From Chitinophagales bacterium (GTDB lineage Bacteria; Bacteroidota; Bacteroidia; Chitinophagales; JADIYW01): 64,000 nt of DNA. Positions 20,758-29,254 of the stretch are shown in pieces. The translations under genes and the position numbers were made by a program. The notes below the pieces were generated by a model. The model was not told the DNA's origin. It searched no databases and saw nothing but the letters and a program-made list of their open reading frames with translations. The DNA lies in NCBI GenBank assembly GCA_023957215.1, contig JAMLHH010000010.1, forward strand, positions 6,979 to 70,978. The letters run 5' to 3'. Numbering within the stretch: position 1 is the first letter of the stretch; every line of letters begins with the position of its first letter.

Positions 20758-20932
20758 ATATTATTTATAAATATCTATATCAGCCTGTCAAGAATCACTG
20801 ATATACGTCTAATAACATCAGAATACAAAGCTTGTTTTGGAATACCTCAGAGTTAGCATACAGAAAACATTTCTATTACGTTTTAATAAAAAACATATCG
20901 GAAATATTTATCCTTTCTGTAAAAAATACGAA

Positions 20933-22663
20933 TTATACGCTGATACTTCCTTTTCTAAAGTCAGTCTTGCCGATGATGGCATTGATAACGAAAGGAGTAC
21001 CGTTTTTGACTGCCTTTTTAGCAGTTTCTACCGCTTTTTCAAATGCTTCTAAAGTGTCAACCCTTACACCGTCACCACCAAATGCTTTGGCAATCAATTG
21101 GTAATCACTATAGTTCAAATTCATGGCACAATCACTATGTAGAATTTCCACTTGATCACGTGCGATTTGACTCCAACAAGCATCATTACCGATGACTGAT
21201 ATCACAGGTAAATCAAATTTCTTAAAGGTGTCATACTCCATCAAACTATAACCTGCACTACCATCACCATAGATAATCCAAACATCTTTTTCAGGAAATA
21301 ACAACTTAGCACCGAGAGCAAAACCGGCTCCTACGCCCAAAGTTCCATAAGCCCCCGGGTCTAACCAACTCAATGGTGAGCGTGGTGTCAAAGTATAAGC
21401 AGAAGTTCCTACAAAGTCACCTCCATCCACAACGAGTATCGCATCATCTCCCAACATGGGGTCTAATTTTCTGAAAAGCTGTACCGGATTGATACCAATA
21501 TTCACAGGTGCAGAAGCTTGTTCGTTAATATTATCTTCTCTTTTTTGATTCCTTTTGTTCAAATGAGCCATCCATTCCGAATAAGAACCTGAAAACTCTT
21601 TTGCCAAATCAATCAAGAATCTTTGCGGATCACCCAAAACACTTAATGACGGTATCTTATTTTTGAATAGGTCTTCACGGCTCTTATTGATAGAGATAAA
21701 CTTTCTACTTCCGATATGAAAACCATAGTCTAATCTAAAATCATTGGGTACTCCGGCAAGAATAATCAAGTCACTGTCTTTGATAGCTTCTCTACGTTTG
21801 TGTCGCATTTGCAAATCAGAGTTTTTACCGAGAAGTCCTCTTCCCATTCCACTTAGGTAAACAGGGATACCCAATTTTTCTACGGCTTGTGACAATTCTT
21901 GGATATGGTCGGCACTCATCACCGCACCGCTACCAATGACCAAAAGCGGTTTTTCTGCTTGTTTCAGCATACTCACAGCTCTTTTCAAGCGATTTTCATC
22001 ATATTTGGGAAAAGTGGGGTCTTGTACCGGCTTATTAAAATCTATGCTGTCTTTCCCCTCAAAAATATTTTTTGCGTGATAGTTGATATACCATTGCACA
22101 GCTCTTTCAGTCAAGTTTTTAGGTTTAGAGCCTGCCCCTTTTTCTACATACCATTCACGAACGATTTCTTCGGGATAAAGTACATCTATCGGACATTCTA
22201 CAAACACAGGTCCGGGAACACCCTCTTGTGCCATATAAAATGCTTTCTCCATCGTCGGCACCAAATCTTTGACTTTGGTGACAGAAACATTGTATTTACA
22301 GATGGATTTCATGATAGACAACTGATCTATATCTTGGAGCGAACCTCTACCTTTCAAGATAGTGGCAGCCGCACCACCCAAAAGGATAAGCGGAGATTGT
22401 GCCATCGCAGCATTTTTAATGGCAGTAATGGTATTGGTCACACCGGGACCCGCCGTGACGACCGCTACTCCGGGCGTATCAGACAATCTGGATACGGCAT
22501 CTGCCGCAAAAACGGCATTCGCTTCATGGCGGGTATCTATGACTTTGATACCTACATTTTCAGCGGCAACAAATATAGGTGAGACATGTCCTCCACAAAG
22601 TGTAAAAAGAAATTTCACTCCGTGTTTTTCCAAGACTTTAGCTATGATTTCTCCTCCGTTCAT
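20933..22663 (-). CDS. Thiamine-pyrophosphate-dependent enzyme (acetolactate synthase-like / 2-hydroxyacyl-CoA lyase-like)
   Basis: 576 aa. N-terminal TPP-Pyr domain ([23 protein letters not shown]) and the C-terminal [11 protein letters not shown]...N TPP-binding motif. Confidence 0.85.
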   Translation of the reverse strand: MNGGEIIAKVLEKHGVKFLFTLCGGHVSPIFVAAENVGIKVIDTRHEANAVFAADAVSRLSDTPGVAVVTAGPGVTNTITAIKNAAMAQSPLILLGGAAATILKGRGSLQDIDQLSIMKSICKYNVSVTKVKDLVPTMEKAFYMAQEGVPGPVFVECPIDVLYPEEIVREWYVEKGAGSKPKNLTERAVQWYINYHAKNIFEGKDSIDFNKPVQDPTFPKYDENRLKRAVSMLKQAEKPLLVIGSGAVMSADHIQELSQAVEKLGIPVYLSGMGRGLLGKNSDLQMRHKRREAIKDSDLIILAGVPNDFRLDYGFHIGSRKFISINKSREDLFKNKIPSLSVLGDPQRFLIDLAKEFSGSYSEWMAHLNKRNQKREDNINEQASAPVNIGINPVQLFRKLDPMLGDDAILVVDGGDFVGTSAYTLTPRSPLSWLDPGAYGTLGVGAGFALGAKLLFPEKDVWIIYGDGSAGYSLMEYDTFKKFDLPVISVIGNDACWSQIARDQVEILHSDCAMNLNYSDYQLIAKAFGGDGVRVDTLEAFEKAVETAKKAVKNGTPFVINAIIGKTDFRKGSISV

Positions 22664-22804
22664 TCTTTCTATTTTTATTTTTTCAAAATTCTAATTTACG
22701 ACATAAAAGATACCTACTTATCCCTTTTTGAACAAGTCTAATCTACATATATTTCTCAAAATAACATTTTATTTATATTAAAATGACTGCCTGCCGGTTT
22801 TTAG

Positions 22805-23023
22805 CAAGAAATATTGCTCAATGAACTCAAACAGCACAATCCGGAATTATTAGTGAAAAAGCGTGTTTTAGGAATCAGCAAAAGTGACTTCTTAGATGAT
22901 GAACTTAAAAAGTTGATTAAAAAAGAACTACCTAAAAAGATTCCGCATGTCTTCTTTTCCGCTGTTACTCAAACCGGACTTCAGGAGCTGAAAGATTTGC
23001 TGTGGAACGCTATTAACGAGTAA
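22805..23023 (+). pseudogene. obg: Orphan 3' fragment of GTPase Obg (about the last 70 codons only)
   Basis: QEILLNELKQHNPELLVKKRVLGISKSDFLDDELKK...FFSAVTQTGLQELKDLLWNAINE* corresponds to the Obg C-terminal end, with a G4-equivalent SKSD and a G5 SAV. An in-frame TAG at 22802-22804 closes the frame. No G1-G3 motifs or Obg fold lie upstream. Confidence 0.6.
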
Positions 23024-23144
23024 TAAACACTCCTTTTAGATGCAACATGTTCGATTTTGTCGATTCGAAACGACAGAATGTATAAAGATTGTTGATAAAT
23101 GACGACAAATTTAATTATATTTGTTGATTGTAAACGACAATATT

Positions 23145-24350
23145 ATGATGGAGTTGTATGAATTTAATGACAATTTACTAAAAAATACAAAGTCTAATTA
23201 CTTTCGATACTTAATGAAAGAGATTGACTGGAACGAGCGTTTGATAGCAATAAAAGGTTCACGTGGAGTAGGTAAAACCACATTGATGTTGCAGTATATG
23301 AAGTATATTTTAAAGCAACCGGAAGTTTCGCTTTACATCACGGCTGATCATTATTGGTTCTATACACATAACTTAGTTCAGACGGCTGACACATTTTATA
23401 AGAACGGCGGTCGCTTTTTATTTATAGATGAAGTGCATAAATATCCCAACTGGTCAAGAGAAATTAAAAATATTTATGATGGTTTCCCTGATATGAAAAT
23501 TGTTTTTACATCTTCTTCCATTCTGGATATTTATAAAGGTGAAGCAGATTTAAGCAGACGTTTAATAAGCTATGATATGCAGGGACTGTCTTATAGAGAA
23601 TATCTCGAAATGTCCGGCTTTATTTCAGATGTAGAGTCGATTACTATGGATGATATCCAAACAAATGCGTATGATATCTCTCAATCTATTATTGAAAAAG
23701 TACAACATCCATTACCATCATTTAAAAACTATCTTAAGACGGGATATTTTCCTTTTTCAGCTCAAAATAATGAGCAGACAACTTTGAAAAAGTTGAACCA
23801 AGTTATCAATACGATTATAGAGACAGATTTGGCCGTGATGGAAGGTTTTGATATAAAAACTGCATTTAAGCTAAAAAAGTTGTTAGGTGTAATAGCTGAA
23901 TCCACACTTTTTAAACCTAATATATCTTCTCTCGCACGGAAGTTAGATGTGAGTAGAGAGACGATTTATCACTGGTTTGTGCTTTTAGAAAAAGCAAATA
24001 TTTTAAATTTACTGATAGCACAGGGGAAAGGTGTTTCTACTCTTCAAAAACCCGATAAAGTATTCCTAGAGAATAGCAATTGGAGTTATGCTTTGAGTTC
24101 ACAACCTAATATAGGTACAGTAAGAGAGGTGTTTTTGATGTCTCAATTATCGAATGTCGGACTTACGATTAAGATGCCCAAGTCCGGTGATTTTTATATT
24201 GAAGAAAATGACTTGGTGATTGAAGTTGGTGGCAAATCAAAAACGATAGAGCAAGTCAAAAATGAAAACAATTATCTTTTGGCTTTAGATGATATTGAAA
24301 ATGCAAGAGGTAGGAGAATACCCTTATGGCTGTTTGGGTTCTTGTATTGA
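23145..24350 (+). CDS. AAA+ ATPase (AAA_14 + DUF4143 family)
   Basis: Walker A GSRGVGKTT and Walker B LFIDEVH, about 400 aa. The track starts at a TTG at 23121; the ATG at 23145 is more likely. Confidence 0.8.
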   Translation: MMELYEFNDNLLKNTKSNYFRYLMKEIDWNERLIAIKGSRGVGKTTLMLQYMKYILKQPEVSLYITADHYWFYTHNLVQTADTFYKNGGRFLFIDEVHKYPNWSREIKNIYDGFPDMKIVFTSSSILDIYKGEADLSRRLISYDMQGLSYREYLEMSGFISDVESITMDDIQTNAYDISQSIIEKVQHPLPSFKNYLKTGYFPFSAQNNEQTTLKKLNQVINTIIETDLAVMEGFDIKTAFKLKKLLGVIAESTLFKPNISSLARKLDVSRETIYHWFVLLEKANILNLLIAQGKGVSTLQKPDKVFLENSNWSYALSSQPNIGTVREVFLMSQLSNVGLTIKMPKSGDFYIEENDLVIEVGGKSKTIEQVKNENNYLLALDDIENARGRRIPLWLFGFLY

Positions 24351-24436
24351 AGTTGAATTGTTGATGTAGATTTATTATATAAAGTGAACTATTTATCAAT
24401 GAAATAAGTGAATGGTGGGTAAGTAATTGTTTAAGC

Positions 24437-24468
24437 TTATAGCATTTTAATATATTAAAATGCTATAA
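24437..24468. repeat. Perfect 32-bp AT-rich palindrome between convergent genes
   Basis: TTATAGCATTTTAATA|TATTAAAATGCTATAA; read directly and checked base by base. Confidence 0.8.
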
Positions 24469-24527
24469 ATATAACACCCAAACTAAACGATACCAACATA
24501 TTACTATCTATTAATTTTTATACGGTA

Positions 24528-25328
24528 TTAATATGGTAGTGGTGGTGGTGGTGGCGACCTATCAATATCATCGGTATTATCTGACCAATCAATTATAACT
24601 TCATTAACAATAACTGAACCGTCATCAATATTTCTTAAGTTTTCTCTTAAATTTTTACTTTCAGACCTAAACCTAACAGGAATCATCATTTTTACAGATA
24701 CAGGTAAACTTCCTTGTCTACCTGGCTTCCATTTTGGCATAGATTTAATCACTCTTACAGCTTCTCTACCGAGACCTCCTCCTGGATCTTTAACAATTTT
24801 CACATCACTTATACTACCATCTTTATCAATTACTAGCAATAGTGTCACTGTACCTTCGATATTATTGTCAAGAGCAACTTCTGGATAGCTGATTCTTTTT
24901 GCGATATAAGCTTGCATAGCAACTGCACCACCTGGAAATTCTGGTTGTTCGGAAACTTCATAGAACTCATAAATTCGATTATCAGGTAGAGTTTCTAAAA
25001 TCATTGCTTCATTCTTGCTCTTCATTTGAGAGTTTGAAAATTTTTCGTTGGTAGCTGATTGTGAAAAGTCTTTTTCAGTATATTCAATAAGGTTTTCACT
25101 TTTAGATTCATCGTCTAAATTGTTTAAGAAAGTAGCATCATCAATATTCGTACTTTCTTTATTCTTATTAATCATAATATAAGCCAATACAAATATTGTA
25201 ATTACTAATAAAGAAAAAGAAAGATAAATAAATGTTTTTTTACTATCATTTCTTTTTAATATAGGAGGATCAATATCAACACTTTTCTTTCTTAATGGTG
25301 GAGGTGAATTTTTAGCCCTATCATTCAT
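24528..25328 (-). CDS. TonB C-terminal-domain protein with atypical architecture
   Basis: ATG at 25328 (the track gives a TTG at 25337). One TM, an Asn/Ser/Glu-rich linker, a TonB-C domain (PEFPGG...YPEVALDNNIEGTVTLLLVIDKDGSISDVKIV), then a ~45-aa tail ending SPPPPPLPY. Confidence 0.75.
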   Translation of the reverse strand: MNDRAKNSPPPLRKKSVDIDPPILKRNDSKKTFIYLSFSLLVITIFVLAYIMINKNKESTNIDDATFLNNLDDESKSENLIEYTEKDFSQSATNEKFSNSQMKSKNEAMILETLPDNRIYEFYEVSEQPEFPGGAVAMQAYIAKRISYPEVALDNNIEGTVTLLLVIDKDGSISDVKIVKDPGGGLGREAVRVIKSMPKWKPGRQGSLPVSVKMMIPVRFRSESKNLRENLRNIDDGSVIVNEVIIDWSDNTDDIDRSPPPPPLPY

Positions 25329-25339
25329 AAAAAACAAGT

Positions 25340-26137
25340 TTAAATTTCTTTATTTTTTAATGCTTCTGTGTTACGTGCAATAGTGGTAAACACTTTAATT
25401 TGCTCTGAAATAAATCTAGAAAAAACTACAATAAAAAAACCACTTAAGGGTGCTATAATCATCCCCATCGTTCCAAAATCAAAAAAGCTCATACTGATAA
25501 AATGATTTAATCCTTGATATGAGTCGCTTTTTGAAAAAATAGTTGTAAATAAAGAAAGGGCAAAGCCAATAACTGCAAAGTATGCTCCAAACCATTCCCC
25601 CAAAGTTTGAATGAAATGAGAAAAAGTAGGTGTCGCAACAAATTCATCGTTAATATTTGAAGAATATGTTATTTTCTCTCTTCTATCCCACCATATTTGA
25701 AAGCTTAATAAGCTACTCAATAACAATATTATCCAAAATGATAAAAATGAAAATACTATAGCTCCTTCTGCTTTAAAAACATCTAGTTTTATAGCAGCAA
25801 AAAATACAATTAACGGAAAAATAAATTGAATAACAGCAATTGCTGTATAGAGCCAATAAAATGGTTTTCTAAAGAAGTTGCCATTATCTATATAGTTTAG
25901 ATAAGGTTTAAAAAACTCAAAAAAGAAAAAGTTAAAACTTAAAGGAGTAATATTATTTTCATAATTAATAATACTCTTAATATCAAAGTCGGAAGCAGAA
26001 AGTTTTTTCCAATCTTCATAGTCAGAACACCAAATTCTATTATCACTATTTATGATATTATTATTAATCATATTTTGAACTTGTAGTCTACTATAAGGTC
26101 CTTTAGATTCTCCATTTATTTCAAGGAAATATTCCAT
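25340..26137 (-). CDS. GYF_2 (DUF4339)-domain membrane protein
   Basis: 265 aa. The N-terminus YFLEINGESKGPYSRLQVQNMI...IWCSDYEDWKKL matches the GYF_2 pattern, followed by about 4 TM helices. Lies 11 nt upstream of the TonB-C gene. Confidence 0.65.
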   Translation of the reverse strand: MEYFLEINGESKGPYSRLQVQNMINNNIINSDNRIWCSDYEDWKKLSASDFDIKSIINYENNITPLSFNFFFFEFFKPYLNYIDNGNFFRKPFYWLYTAIAVIQFIFPLIVFFAAIKLDVFKAEGAIVFSFLSFWIILLLSSLLSFQIWWDRREKITYSSNINDEFVATPTFSHFIQTLGEWFGAYFAVIGFALSLFTTIFSKSDSYQGLNHFISMSFFDFGTMGMIIAPLSGFFIVVFSRFISEQIKVFTTIARNTEALKNKEI

Positions 26138-26280
26138 AAGTTATTTCTTTATATAAAAAATTAATAATACACTAAAAAAATGGTATAATTCTCTAATTGC
26201 AAATATTAACGTGTGATTCCAATACCAAAATTTGTGATTTAACAATTTTCTTGTATATATTTGAATAAATATTTCAAGTT

Positions 26281-26613
26281 ATGGATATGAATAAAATTGT
26301 GGCTCAACGTATCATGGAAGCCAGAGAACAAAAAGGATTATTCCAAAAAGATATAGCAGCCGCATTAGACCTGAGTACTAATGCTTATAACAGCATAGAA
26401 AATGGAAAAACGAATCTCACTATTAATGTCCTATATAGAATATCTGAAATATTGCAACTCCCTGTAAGCAAGCTGCTCAATATTAATGAGGGTGATACGT
26501 TAAACAATTCTAACAACTTTGTACTTGCTCAAAATAATAGCGGCACATTATACTTTCAAGTTTCTAATGAGCAGTTAGAGAGGTTGATAAAAGGTTCGAA
26601 GAAAGGGAAGTAG
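26281..26613 (+). CDS. XRE-family helix-turn-helix transcriptional regulator
   Basis: 110 aa. IMEAREQKGLFQKDIAAALDLSTNAYNSIENGKTNLTINVLYRISEIL is a typical HTH_3 domain. Divergent from the GYF_2/TonB-C pair. Confidence 0.85.
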   Translation: MDMNKIVAQRIMEAREQKGLFQKDIAAALDLSTNAYNSIENGKTNLTINVLYRISEILQLPVSKLLNINEGDTLNNSNNFVLAQNNSGTLYFQVSNEQLERLIKGSKKGK

Positions 26614-26649
26614 GGTTTTTGATTTGTTACAAGAAAGAAAGTTACTCCC

Positions 26650-26727
26650 GTGGTCGGTGTTCCGCCACCGACCACTTTCAGCAGTGTCTAGTAGAACTAT
26701 ATTGGTTGGTGACGGAACACCAACCAA
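26650..26727. repeat. Pair of GC-rich 10-bp-stem hairpins in mutually inverted orientation (REPIN-like, or part of an sRNA)
   Basis: 26650-26675 is GTGGTCGGTG-TTCCGC-CACCGACCAC. 26702-26727 is TTGGTTGGTG-ACGGAA-CACCAACCAA. Both stems are perfect, and the stem differences are compensated on both arms. Confidence 0.7.
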
Positions 26728-26828
26728 AGGAGCGAATTTTACATGAACAAATGGACTTAAAGAATCGGTTAAGTGATTAAGCTGAGAGAACAACATAGAG
26801 ATGCCAGTCTAATTGACACAGCAAATTA

Positions 26829-26854
26829 CCTACATGTCTTGTTGTAGGATTTTT
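26829..26854 (+). terminator. Terminator-like hairpin plus T-run
   Basis: CCTACA-TGTCTTGT-TGTAGG followed by ATTTTTA. Confidence 0.4.
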
Positions 26855-26939
26855 AGAACAGTGACAGCTACTTCTTAAATAATGTTGTCTTATTTCTTAA
26901 TTGCGGGAAGTATTGCATCTTTGTTTAAAAGACTTCAAT

Positions 26940-27149
26940 ATGGAAACTAAAATCTTTCATATCTCCGGGATGTGCTGTGAAACTTGTATTACGAAGATAA
27001 ATAAAGCACTTGAAGCCTTCCCTGAATTGGAGAAAGTAGAATTGCAATTCTCAGAACCACAACTGACTTTATTACACAAAGACAATGTGGATGAACAAGC
27101 TATCGTCAATGCTATTAATCAAGCAGGACACTATACAAAGCCTATGTAG
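26940..27149 (+). CDS. Heavy-metal-associated (HMA) domain protein, CopZ-like
   Basis: 69 aa from the ATG at 26940, with the GMCCETC metal-binding motif. Confidence 0.8.
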   Translation: METKIFHISGMCCETCITKINKALEAFPELEKVELQFSEPQLTLLHKDNVDEQAIVNAINQAGHYTKPM

Positions 27150-27160
27150 GGTAAGGAGCA

Positions 27161-27183
27161 ACTACTGAGGATTTATCAGTAGT
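27161..27183. terminator. Hairpin between convergent genes (possible bidirectional terminator)
   Basis: ACTACTGA-GGATTTA-TCAGTAGT, an 8-bp perfect stem. The flanking T/A runs are weak. Confidence 0.3.
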
Positions 27184-27213
27184 GCTTCATTGGCACATTG
27201 ATACATGGGTACA

Positions 27214-27564
27214 TCATCCCCCTTTCTTCCCAATCAATAGCTTTCCATCTTCACGATAAAAGGTATAATGGGGAATCTTGTAACTATTCCCGTCTGCACT
27301 AAGTCCTGTCTTGATATCAAACTTATAATGATGTGTCTCACAGACCATGATGCCACGTTTGTTGCAAGTACCACCAATGGTGAAAGGGGTGCCTGCATGT
27401 GGACATCTGTCATTGAGGCCATAGAACTTATCATCTAATCGAGTGACACAGATTTTTCTCCCTTTCCATTCGATCAGGGTATGTTGTTGATTTTCTAGTT
27501 GCAAAATCTTGTTTGTGTCTTCTTCCGGAAGAGTTTCCCATTGATATCTCAAATCTTTTGTCAT
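27214..27564 (-). CDS. Rieske [2Fe-2S] domain protein
   Basis: 116 aa. CPH...C-x2-H (DRCPHAGTPF...VCETHH). Lies 3 nt downstream of gldG. Confidence 0.8.
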   Translation of the reverse strand: MTKDLRYQWETLPEEDTNKILQLENQQHTLIEWKGRKICVTRLDDKFYGLNDRCPHAGTPFTIGGTCNKRGIMVCETHHYKFDIKTGLSADGNSYKIPHYTFYREDGKLLIGKKGG

Positions 27565-27567
27565 AAC

Positions 27568-29253
27568 TTAGGAGAATCTCCTTTTTCTACTACGATTAAA
27601 AATCACACCCAATAAAGCTAACAGTAACAAAGGTAAGCCAATAGTCAGCACCTGCCATAATCCTTTTTGATCTTGTGCTTTGGCTTTATCTAAGATTCGC
27701 ATAGAAATATCTCTATTTCTCGCGGAAAGTAAATTGGCATGATCGAGTAAGTAATCTATAGAGTTGAGCAAGAAATCTTTGTTGGCATAAGTATCCCGAC
27801 TAATTCTATAATAACCCAGAGGCAAAGGTCTTCCACTCGGATCAATTTCATTGACGATTACGTCACCGTCACCGACTACTATCATCTTGGATGGTGAACT
27901 TGCTTCATTCAGGATTTCTTGACCTTCAAAGCTCATCAGTTCTCTTTGTGATTCTACTACTCTTCGTTCGTAAAAAGATTTGAACTTCCCTTCTAAGAGT
28001 ACTGCTAAAGGAATGTCACTCTGATTAAATAATGCAGGTTGTGGCTTTTGTCTTGCACCTTCTAAGAATAATTCAAAAGGTATATTCTGTTTCCTTGAAA
28101 AATTAGAGCTTGAAAGTAAAACTGTCTTTTGGATACCTTCTGCACGAATGGTATCAATAGATGATGGGAATTTGAATAAAATAGGATTTAAGTTTTTGAC
28201 GATGGGATTGTTCTGATTACCTCTGACTATCGGATAAAATACCCACGGATATAGTTTGGTGGTAGGATTGCCGGCAATCACCTCTACCAATGGAACAGGA
28301 GCGCAATATAAATCCAAGACCAAATCATCATTGACTCTCGCACCATAACGAAATAGCATGTCACTCAGATTGACTTCTCTCGGAATACTGAATATAGAAG
28401 GTACTATTCTAAAACTGTCCATATCTGCAATCACTTGATCCAAGAGCCATAAAACTTTCCCTCCGCGTAAGATATATTGGTCTATCAGAAACTTGTCATC
28501 CTCAGAAACAGGTCGAGTAGGTTTTGCCACGACTAATAAATCAGTCTTTCCATCCAAAAGTTTGTCTTTCCCGAGTTCTATTTTTTTAAACTGATAGTTT
28601 TGTTTGGAAATAGTTTCCAAGAAATCACTTACTTCTTGTACACTCACTTCTCCATGACCTTGTAAAAATCCGATGGTAGGAGCATGGTCTTGATTGAGTT
28701 TGTCTATCGTATTGATGAGTTTATATTCAATAAAATTGATGGAATTATCCAAGGCATCCTGTGTACCAAAAAACATCTGATTTTCCAAAATGGTAAGACC
28801 GAGTTCTTTGTTTCCCTTTTTAACGATAGCTCCCGGAAAAATTAATTTCTCGGAATAACCTGTTTCCGAATTGACTTCAAGATTAACCGGTAATACTCCT
28901 TTCTGTATCAAGTCTTTTTGGAGTTCTTCTTTTTTCTTTTTGTCTTTGACTTGATTGATATCTATAAAGTTGTATGAAAGTTTCCCTTTTGAAACCCTTC
29001 GCATATCTTCCAAAATGCTCTTTGTATGATCTTTTACCTTTTTGATACCTTCCGGCAGACTTTCACCTTCCAAATAGACATCAATTTCTACATTGCTGTT
29101 TAAGTTTTTTAATAACTGTACGGTCGCATCTGTCAATGTAAAACGCTTCTCTTTGGTCAAATCCCATCTATAATTGACTTGTTGAGATAAAAATATCAAA
29201 ATGACTATCACAAGCGCTCCGATGATAAAATTGAATAAGCTTATTTTTTTCAT
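27568..29253 (-). CDS. gldG: Gliding-motility-associated ABC transporter substrate-binding protein GldG
   Basis: 561 aa with N- and C-terminal TM anchors. Its position after gldA-gldF, its length and the family pattern all fit GldG. Confidence 0.85.
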   Translation of the reverse strand: MKKISLFNFIIGALVIVILIFLSQQVNYRWDLTKEKRFTLTDATVQLLKNLNSNVEIDVYLEGESLPEGIKKVKDHTKSILEDMRRVSKGKLSYNFIDINQVKDKKKKEELQKDLIQKGVLPVNLEVNSETGYSEKLIFPGAIVKKGNKELGLTILENQMFFGTQDALDNSINFIEYKLINTIDKLNQDHAPTIGFLQGHGEVSVQEVSDFLETISKQNYQFKKIELGKDKLLDGKTDLLVVAKPTRPVSEDDKFLIDQYILRGGKVLWLLDQVIADMDSFRIVPSIFSIPREVNLSDMLFRYGARVNDDLVLDLYCAPVPLVEVIAGNPTTKLYPWVFYPIVRGNQNNPIVKNLNPILFKFPSSIDTIRAEGIQKTVLLSSSNFSRKQNIPFELFLEGARQKPQPALFNQSDIPLAVLLEGKFKSFYERRVVESQRELMSFEGQEILNEASSPSKMIVVGDGDVIVNEIDPSGRPLPLGYYRISRDTYANKDFLLNSIDYLLDHANLLSARNRDISMRILDKAKAQDQKGLWQVLTIGLPLLLLALLGVIFNRSRKRRFS

Positions 29254-29254
29254 C

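Noticed and set aside
21899-22582. 227-aa ORF on the + strand, antisense to the TPP-enzyme gene.
   Set aside because: It lies entirely within a well-supported 576-aa gene on the other strand. Its translation is low-complexity (R/F/H/I-rich) and has no motifs. It is a typical shadow ORF.
24536-24556. (GGT)n run, considered as a microsatellite or contingency repeat.
   Set aside because: A trinucleotide repeat keeps the frame. It simply encodes the PPPPP tail of the TonB-C protein, so at most it allows length variation, not an on/off switch.
26575-26796. 73-aa - strand ORF covering the twin hairpins.
   Set aside because: Its middle section is simply the translated palindromes (VGVPSPTN...GRWRNTDHG). 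There is no start context or motif, so the region is better explained as structured non-coding DNA.
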